Positions 8,863 through 15,303 of a stretch of DNA of 64,000 nucleotides are shown one piece after another (the first letter of the stretch is position 1; each line of letters starts with the position of its first letter). The stretch is from the NCBI GenBank assembly GCA_964487155.1, contig CAZAQB010000003.1, positions 13,125-77,124 on the forward strand, given 5' to 3'. The notes under the pieces are model-generated. The model saw only the letters and a program-made list of their open reading frames with translations, made no database searches and was not told the origin of the DNA. Both the position numbers and the translations under genes were made by a program. The DNA is from an uncultured Ectothiorhodospiraceae bacterium. GTDB lineage: Bacteria; Pseudomonadota; Gammaproteobacteria; Nitrococcales; Nitrococcaceae.

Positions 8863-9992
8863 TGCCTGGCCTCAGGCAGGGGCTCCGCGTCCCGGGATTT
8901 CAGCAACAGCACCTCGGCATCGGCCCGGGCCAGGCGCTCCTCCAGGGAGCGGACCCGGCCCTGCATCTCCACGGCCTGCTCGCAGAACCGGTCGATGGTG
9001 TCCTCCAGTCCCTGCACCTCGGCCGCAGTTTGCTGGGACGCCTCCAGGCGCTTCAGCAGGTCCCGGATCACCCGCTGGCGCCGCAGGCTCTCCTTTTCGA
9101 CCGTCTGCGTGCACAGCTCCGCCTGGCGGAGTTTCTCCTCCAGCGCCTTCACCTGGCGGAGGTGGCGCTCGCGCTGGGCATCGCTTGCGCTCTCCGCGGC
9201 CTCCAGGCTGCTCTTGAGGTTTTGGATCAGAACGTCCTGCTCCTGCAGGATCGAGCGCTGGCGCGCCCCCTGGACGTCCATCTCGCGCTGGTTGGCGTCC
9301 ACCAGCACCCGTGTCCGCCGCAGCCGCCCCCGGGGATCCACGGCCTCGGGGCCGGCGCGGTGCCGCCGGGCCAGGGGATCGACCTCCGGCGCCTCCAGGA
9401 AACCGTCGAGTGGCCCGCGCCGGCGCTCGTAGCGCTCCAGCAGTTCCCGGGCCCGGAGCGAGCCAGGCAGTTCCTCCCGCAACCCCGCCCGCAGCTCCCT
9501 GCTGGCGGCCCTCTCCTCCAGGGCATGGCCGTGCAGGCGGTTGAACCGTTCCCGATAAGCTTCCAGGCGGCGGACGCGATCACCCTCGCCGCTGGCGGGC
9601 GGCGACATGGCCGCAGCCGGCGTCGCTTGCAGCTGCCGCAGCTTCTCGATGACCTGGACCGCGTGGGCGTGCCGCAGCGCCCAGCCCGGATCGCCGTCAG
9701 CGCCCGCCCCGGCCAGCACTTTGAGCTCTCCCTCCAGGTATTCCACCAGCAGGCGCCGGGGCCCGGGGGCGTCCCCGGAAGCCCCACGGCGAGCTGCCGC
9801 CAGTTGCTGGTGCAGATAGCCCTGGTAGGCACTGCGCTCCGCCTGGCCCTGGCGGCGCGCCACCCGGCCGGCCCGCAGGGTGCGGCGGTGGCGCAGCACG
9901 GTCCAGCCCAGGACGGCACAGCCTGCCCCAAGGGCCAGACTCAGCTCTCCCAGTAACAGAACCACTGCCGCCAAACCGGTCGTTCCCTGCAT
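8859..9992 (-). CDS. Membrane-anchored coiled-coil protein (hypothetical)
   Basis: Start MQGTTGLAAVVLLLGELSLALGAGCAVLGWTVL (one TM segment), followed by about 340 aa of heptad-rich, R/E/L/Q-rich sequence. Its stop overlaps the start region of the HD-GYP gene. Confidence 0.6.
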   Translation of the reverse strand: MQGTTGLAAVVLLLGELSLALGAGCAVLGWTVLRHRRTLRAGRVARRQGQAERSAYQGYLHQQLAAARRGASGDAPGPRRLLVEYLEGELKVLAGAGADGDPGWALRHAHAVQVIEKLRQLQATPAAAMSPPASGEGDRVRRLEAYRERFNRLHGHALEERAASRELRAGLREELPGSLRARELLERYERRRGPLDGFLEAPEVDPLARRHRAGPEAVDPRGRLRRTRVLVDANQREMDVQGARQRSILQEQDVLIQNLKSSLEAAESASDAQRERHLRQVKALEEKLRQAELCTQTVEKESLRRQRVIRDLLKRLEASQQTAAEVQGLEDTIDRFCEQAVEMQGRVRSLEERLARADAEVLLLKSRDAEPLPEARQ

Positions 9993-10164
9993 CGCCACTC
10001 TCTTCGGGTGTACCGGATGCCGTTCACTAATGCGTGCATCCGAATTCGAGAATAACTTTCCCGACCGGGGGTATTTCGAGATGTCAACCACAACTTCCGC
10101 TTCGGCCACCGCCGGCGGCACGAATCTTGTCAACCCTTGCCAGCAGCGGCCGGAAGGCACCCGC

Positions 10165-10457
10165 CGCTGGCGCGGGGGGTTGGGAACCGCCCGGGCCCGA
10201 CCGAAGCCCGTCGTAGGGCACGTTGAGCAGAAACGTGCCATCGGGCCGCGGCATGGAAACCTTGCCTTCGGCCAGGCACGGAGCCAGCCATCGACACCGG
10301 GGCCTTCGAGACGCTGACCCCCACGTTTCTTCGCAACGTGGGGCTACGGTGGTGGTGTCCGAAGGCATGCTCAGCGGGCCCGGAGCCTCTGCGGCGCGGC
10401 GCCCGCGGTGGGGCGCGTGGAGAGCGGTCAGGGGCCCTGATCGTTTCGCAAACACCC
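10165..10457 (-). repeat. MITE-like nested-palindrome element, copy B (inverted relative to copy A)
   Basis: Hairpin modules at 10213-10239 (GTAGGGCACGTTGAGCAGAAACGTGCC) and 10319-10347 (CCCACGTTTCTTCGCAACGTGGGGCTAC). By hand alignment the flanks match the reverse complement of copy A. The right end ...CGTTTCGCAAACACCC stops 3 nt before the fetB stop codon. The left boundary is approximate. Confidence 0.7.
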
Positions 10458-10459
10458 AC

Positions 10460-11266
10460 TCAGCCCCTCGGGGGCTCCAGGCGGTCCAGGCGCAGCCGGT
10501 GGCGTTCATCGCTGAGCCGCCAGAGACCGCCCAGCACGGCGACCGTGGCGCCGAAGCCAGTGCCGCCGGCGATCAGGAACATCACCAGCAGCTGGTAGCG
10601 CGTGGCCTCCACCGGGTCCACCCCGGCCAGGATCTGGCCGGTCATCATGCCCGGCAGGGCCACCAGCCCGGTGGCGGCCATGGCATTGATGGTGGGCATC
10701 AGGGCCGTTCGCAGGGCGCCCCGGGCGGGCCCGCGCAGGGCCCTCATGCGCGACTGGCCCAGACACAGCCGTGCCTCCACGGCGCGCTGTTCCCGGCTGA
10801 CGGTAGCGGTGAGGGTATCCAGGCCCAGGGCGATTCCGGTCATGGTGTTGCCCAGCACCATGCCCAGCAGCGGCAGCGTGTAGCGGGGGTGGTACCAGGG
10901 ATCCGGCTGGATCTGGGTGGTGAGGGCGAACAGGGTCACCAGGGTCGCCGCCAGGGCCATGCTGCTGACCCCCAGGCCGTAGGACCAGCGCCCGCGGAAG
11001 CGCCGGCCCTGGCGGGCCACGACCTCGTGGCCGGCGAACAGCACCATGGCCAGGGCGGCCGCGGCCGTGAGCCACGCCGAGACGGTGGTGAGCAGCACCC
11101 TGAGCACCAGCCCCATGAGGGCCAACTGCACCGTCATGCGGATGGTGGCCACCAGCAGCTGGCGCTCCAGCCCCAGGCGCAGCGCCAGCGACAGGCCGCC
11201 GTTGGCCAGCACCAGCAGGGAGGCCAGCAGCAGATCCAGGGTATCCAGCCGCAGGTAGCCGCTCAT
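10460..11266 (-). CDS. fetB: FetB/YbbM-type (UPF0014) ABC exporter permease
   Basis: 268-aa polytopic ORF with the UPF0014/FetB pattern (TLPLLGMVLGNTMTGIALGL, LMPTINAMAATGLVALPGMMTGQILAG). It overlaps the upstream ATPase gene by 4 nt. Confidence 0.8.
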   Translation of the reverse strand: MSGYLRLDTLDLLLASLLVLANGGLSLALRLGLERQLLVATIRMTVQLALMGLVLRVLLTTVSAWLTAAAALAMVLFAGHEVVARQGRRFRGRWSYGLGVSSMALAATLVTLFALTTQIQPDPWYHPRYTLPLLGMVLGNTMTGIALGLDTLTATVSREQRAVEARLCLGQSRMRALRGPARGALRTALMPTINAMAATGLVALPGMMTGQILAGVDPVEATRYQLLVMFLIAGGTGFGATVAVLGGLWRLSDERHRLRLDRLEPPRG

Positions 11267-11865
11267 GGCGCCTCCAGGCGGCCGTCGCGCAGTACCAGGC
11301 GGCGGCCTCCCAGCCGCTCCGCCTGGGCCGGGTCGTGAGTCACCCAGAGCAGTGCCAGACCCTCGTTGCGGCGCGCCTGCAACAGCGACTCGACGGCAGC
11401 CGTGGCCTGGACATCCAGCCCGGATGTGGGCTCATCCAGCAGCAGCACCTCGGGCGCCACCTCCAAAGCGCGCAGCAGGGCGAGGCGCTGGCGCTCGCCG
11501 GTGGACAGCCGGGCCACCGTCCAGTGGGGCCAGCCCGCGGCCAGACCCAGCGCGGCGGCGCTGGCGCTGCAGGCATCGGGCGCCATGAAGTGCTCGGCCA
11601 CCGTGTCGGCCCACCAACCGCTGTCCGCCGGCAGGTAGCCAACCCGCCGGCGCCACTCCGGCGCCGGCATGTCCTCGCGCGCGGTGCCGTTCAGCCGCAC
11701 CGCGCCGGGCACTGGATCCAGGTCGGCGATGGCGCGCAGCAGCAGCGTCTTGCCGGAGCCGGAGGGCCCCGCAAGGGTGACGCATTCGCCGGCCCCCAGA
11801 ATCAGGGAAACCGGCGCCAGCCCCCCTGGCTCAAGCCTGGTCACTTCCAGCACCGCACCCCCCAT
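11263..11865 (-). CDS. fetA: FetA/YbbL-type ABC transporter ATP-binding protein
   Basis: Start MGGAVLEV. Walker A GPSGSGKT, signature LSTGERQR, Walker B LLLDEPTSGLD. Confidence 0.8.
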   Translation of the reverse strand: MGGAVLEVTRLEPGGLAPVSLILGAGECVTLAGPSGSGKTLLLRAIADLDPVPGAVRLNGTAREDMPAPEWRRRVGYLPADSGWWADTVAEHFMAPDACSASAAALGLAAGWPHWTVARLSTGERQRLALLRALEVAPEVLLLDEPTSGLDVQATAAVESLLQARRNEGLALLWVTHDPAQAERLGGRRLVLRDGRLEAP

Positions 11866-11972
11866 CGCCCGCCGGCCGCCCGCGGCACACCGGTTGGACG
11901 GTACCGGCGCCCCGAGTACACTTGCCGCGTTCCGACCCCGCCGCACCCGCACAGGATGAAGGCCCGACCCCG

Positions 11973-12920
11973 ATGCTCAACGTCTACTCCCTCGGAGCAG
12001 CTGGCCTCAAGTCTATTGAACTGCCCAGCGGCGCGCGGCGGCGCGACCAGCCGATCTGGGTGGACCTGGTGGACCCGGAGGACGATGAGCGCGCCGAGGT
12101 GGAGGCCCTCTACCGGCAGCAGTTGCCGGAGACCGACGATGTGGAGGAAATCGAAGCCAGCGCCCGCTGCTACCAGGACGAAACCGGCCTGCACATCAAC
12201 TCGCTGTTCCTGCACGAATCCGAGGGCCGCTACCGGAACCTGAGCATCGGCTTCACCGTGAGCGGCGCACGGCTGTTCACGGTGCGCGAGAGGGAAATTC
12301 CCCCGTTCCGGTTGATGCGCATGCGCGCCCGGCGCAACCCGGACGTGGCCCGCGACTGCCTTGACATCATCCTGTCGGTTTTCGAGATCAAGATCGAGTA
12401 CCTGGCCGACACGCTGGAAGATGTCTACCAGGGCCTGGAGAGGGTGAGCGCGCTGGTGCTGGAGGAAAACGACTGCGACCTGGAAGACGCCATCGACGAG
12501 CTCGGCCGCTACGAGGATATCAACGGCAAGATCCGGCTGTGCCTCATGGACACCCAGCGCTCCCTGGTCTTCCTGCTGCGCCGCGGCGGCATGAGCGACA
12601 CCCAGAGGGAGGAGGCCCGGGACCTGCTGCGCGACATCGAGTCCCTGATCCCCCACAACAACTTCCTGTTCGACAAGGTGAACTTCCTGATGGACGCGGC
12701 CCAGGGATTCATCAGCATCGAGCAGAATCAGACCATCAAGATGTTCTCGGTGGTGGCGGTTGTGTTCCTGCCTCCCACCCTGATCGCCAGCATCTACGGC
12801 ATGAACTTCGACGTCATGCCTGAGCTTGACTGGCCCTGGGGCTACCCCATGGCCCTGGTGCTGATGGTGCTCTCCGCCATCGCCCCGTTCGTGTACTTCA
12901 AGCGCAAGAACTGGCTGTAG
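11973..12920 (+). CDS. corA: Magnesium/cobalt transporter CorA
   Basis: Start MLNVYSL. The canonical YGMNF motif lies between two C-terminal TM segments (LPPTLIASIYGMNFDVMPEL), ending ...YFKRKNWL. Confidence 0.9.
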   Translation: MLNVYSLGAAGLKSIELPSGARRRDQPIWVDLVDPEDDERAEVEALYRQQLPETDDVEEIEASARCYQDETGLHINSLFLHESEGRYRNLSIGFTVSGARLFTVREREIPPFRLMRMRARRNPDVARDCLDIILSVFEIKIEYLADTLEDVYQGLERVSALVLEENDCDLEDAIDELGRYEDINGKIRLCLMDTQRSLVFLLRRGGMSDTQREEARDLLRDIESLIPHNNFLFDKVNFLMDAAQGFISIEQNQTIKMFSVVAVVFLPPTLIASIYGMNFDVMPELDWPWGYPMALVLMVLSAIAPFVYFKRKNWL

Positions 12921-12944
12921 GGGGCCGGGACGGCTGGGTATTGA

Positions 12945-12972
12945 GTACTAGGTACTAGGTACTAGGTACTCG
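12945..12972. repeat. Tandem heptamer array (GTACTAG x3 perfect, plus GTACTCG)
   Basis: GTACTAG GTACTAG GTACTAG GTACTCG begins 25 nt after the corA stop. TAG falls in all three frames on both strands. Confidence 0.9.
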
Positions 12973-13039
12973 GTGAGTCTCGGGAACGGCGCGGCCCCAT
13001 CGCAACGCCTGTCGCGTACTCAGGCTGTAGCCCGGAGAT

Positions 13040-13134
13040 GCCGGATGCGCTGCGCTTATCCGGCCTACGCTCCCCTCTCGACGCCGGAGCGCGGCCCGCG
13101 TAGGCCGGATAAGGCGCGCAGCGCCGCATCCGGC
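13040..13134. repeat. Inverted pair of REP units (BIME-like)
   Basis: GCCGGATGCGCTGCGCTTATCCGGCCTAC (13040-13068) faces GTAGGCCGGATAAGGCGCGCAGCGCCGCATCCGGC (13100-13134). Each unit is itself an imperfect palindrome. Confidence 0.85.
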
Positions 13135-13190
13135 AAGGCCGCGCCAAACCCCGGCACGTGCCAATGCCCACTTCCGCCCAGTCCTTCCCC

Positions 13191-13454
13191 TCACGCCGCC
13201 TTGCGCAGGTATTCCACGCAACCCCGTGGACTGGACAGCAGCGGATACTTCTCCTCCGGGATCTTCACCGACAGGCGGTTCTCCAGGGCGGCCACGAAAT
13301 CCAGGAAGTCCATGGAATCCATCTCCATCTGATCCCGGAAACTGCGCTCCGGGTCGAGTTGCTCCACCGCCGCCTCCGGCGCCACCTCGGCCAGCGCATC
13401 CCGAACTGCCTGCAGCAGCTTGTCATCGTCCACCGGTTCATCCTCCGTTGCCAT
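13191..13454 (-). CDS. Acyl carrier protein
   Basis: 87-aa acidic ORF with the phosphopantetheine-attachment motif in FRDQMEMDSMDFLDFVAALE. It starts 5 nt downstream of the AMP-ligase gene. Confidence 0.8.
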   Translation of the reverse strand: MATEDEPVDDDKLLQAVRDALAEVAPEAAVEQLDPERSFRDQMEMDSMDFLDFVAALENRLSVKIPEEKYPLLSSPRGCVEYLRKAA

Positions 13455-13459
13455 TGGTG

Positions 13460-15139
13460 TCAGTTGTTCCCCTGCTGCCCGGCGTCCGGCGCGGCGTCGA
13501 GCAGGGCGCGGCGCACGATCTTGCCGGAGCGGGTGTGGGGGAGGCGCTCGGCGAAGCGCACCTCCCGCGGCGCCAGCGCCGAGCCCAGCCGCCGCCGGGC
13601 ATGGGCGATCAGCGTCCGTGACAGATCGTCTCCGGGTTGCCAGCCGGGGTTCAGGGTGACGTGGGCCCGGATCACCTGGCCGGCGACCGGGTCGGGTCGC
13701 CCCGCCACACCGGCCTCCGCCACCGCCGGGTGGCTCAGCAGGGCGGCCTCCACCTCGAAGGGCCCCACCAGGTGCCCAGCGGTCTTGATCAGATCATCAC
13801 CCCGGCCGAGGAACCAGTACCAGCCCCGGGCGTCCCGACGCACCCGGTCGCCGGTCAGGTACCACTCGCCTTCGAAGCACTGCCGGTAGCGCTCGGGCTG
13901 GCCCAGGTAAGCCCGGAACATCGACGGCCACGGAGTGCGCAGGGCCAGTTCCCCGGCCGCCTCACCGGCCGCAGGCACCGGCCGGCCGTCTGCTCCCGGC
14001 TGCATCACCGCGGCCTCGACCCCCGCCACCGGCCGGCCCATGGAACCCGGCGGGGTGCCGTCCCGGGACGCCAGCATGATGGCGCCGGTCTCGGTCTGCC
14101 ACCAGGTGTCCCGCGGAGCCAGCCCGAGCTGGTCGGCGGACCAGCGGGCCGTCGCTGCGTCCAGGGGCTCGCCCACCGTGGCCAGCAGCCGCGGCCCGGC
14201 GTCCCGGTGCTGCCGCTTCACGCCGTGGCGGCGCAGCATGCGCAGGGCCGTGGGCGCGGTGTACCAGACGTCCGCCTCGCCGGCATCCAGGCGCTCCACC
14301 CAGCGCACCGGATCGAAACCCGCCTGATCCACCAGCACCGTGGCGCCCACCACCAGGGGGGCGATCAGGCCGTAGGAGGTGCCGGTCACCCAGCCCGGGT
14401 CAGCCGTGCACCAGAAAGTGTCCCCGGGCTGCAGTCCAAGGACCGAGCGGGCCGTGGCCAGGTGGGCCACCACGGCCTCGTGGACGTGCAGCGCGCCCTT
14501 GGGCTGGCCGGTGGTACCACTGGTGAAGTGCAGCAGCGCCGGGGTCCCGGGGCCGGTGGGCGCCGGCGCAGTGCCCGCAGTGGCCTGTTCCAGCAGCCCC
14601 TCCAGGGCGTCCCGGCCGGCGGGGTCGCCCCGGCAGGTCAGTACCCTCTGCAGCCCCGGGACCTGGGCCGCCAGCCCAGCCAGCCGGCCCCGGGCCATGG
14701 CGTCCGTGGTGACCAGGAGCCGGGCCTCTCCGGCAGCCAGCCTAGCCGCTGCGGGTTCCGGTCCGAAAGCCGCGAACAGAGGACAGAACACGGCCCCGAA
14801 GTGCAGGCTCCCGAGGGCCACCACGAACACCTCCGGGCCCGGCGGCAGCATGGCGAACACCCGCTCGCCGGGCTGCAGGCCGCACTGCTGCAGCACCGCG
14901 GCGAAGCGATGCGCCTGCTCCGCCAGTTTCCGGTAACGGAACTCCCGCGGCGGACCGTGCTCCGGCAGACAGCGCAGGGCGATCCGCTCGCCAGCGGGCC
15001 CGTGGGCGTGTCGGCCCAATGCCTCCCAGGCGATGTTGAGCCCCCCGCCGGGGAGACCGTCAAGGGTGGCGCGGGCCTGCTCCCAGACGCTCTGGCGTGC
15101 CTCGTTGACCACTGCGGCTCCTTCGTACCCCTGTCCCAT
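13460..15139 (-). CDS. AMP-dependent synthetase/ligase (acyl-CoA or acyl-ACP synthetase family)
   Basis: 559 aa. AMP-binding motifs present: LLHFTSGTTGQPKG, YGLIAPL, WWQTETG, WYLTGD, and the C-terminal LPHTRSGKIVRR (A10 catalytic lysine, PX4GK). Confidence 0.85.
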   Translation of the reverse strand: MGQGYEGAAVVNEARQSVWEQARATLDGLPGGGLNIAWEALGRHAHGPAGERIALRCLPEHGPPREFRYRKLAEQAHRFAAVLQQCGLQPGERVFAMLPPGPEVFVVALGSLHFGAVFCPLFAAFGPEPAAARLAAGEARLLVTTDAMARGRLAGLAAQVPGLQRVLTCRGDPAGRDALEGLLEQATAGTAPAPTGPGTPALLHFTSGTTGQPKGALHVHEAVVAHLATARSVLGLQPGDTFWCTADPGWVTGTSYGLIAPLVVGATVLVDQAGFDPVRWVERLDAGEADVWYTAPTALRMLRRHGVKRQHRDAGPRLLATVGEPLDAATARWSADQLGLAPRDTWWQTETGAIMLASRDGTPPGSMGRPVAGVEAAVMQPGADGRPVPAAGEAAGELALRTPWPSMFRAYLGQPERYRQCFEGEWYLTGDRVRRDARGWYWFLGRGDDLIKTAGHLVGPFEVEAALLSHPAVAEAGVAGRPDPVAGQVIRAHVTLNPGWQPGDDLSRTLIAHARRRLGSALAPREVRFAERLPHTRSGKIVRRALLDAAPDAGQQGNN

Positions 15140-15303
15140 TCAAGTTCATTAAGCTCCTGTAAAAGTGGCATATCAATTACCCTGCCCCCTATCATGCCCG
15201 CTGACGCCCGGCCGATATTGATGCAGCGCAAGACAGCCGGCCGGAGCATATGCGCTAATGTGCGCGGCCGTAACGCACCCGGAGCTAAGGACACCGCCCG
15301 CTC

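Noticed and set aside
12945-13134. Possible CRISPR array (short repeats after corA)
   Set aside because: The repeats are 7-nt contiguous units with no spacers, followed by REP palindromes. There are no cas genes and no 25-40-nt repeat/spacer periodicity anywhere in the window.
12955-13332. ORFs 12955..13221(-), 12962..13171(-) and 12973..13332(+)
   Set aside because: They run through the heptamer array and the REP pair. The sequence is palindromic repeat DNA, not coding.
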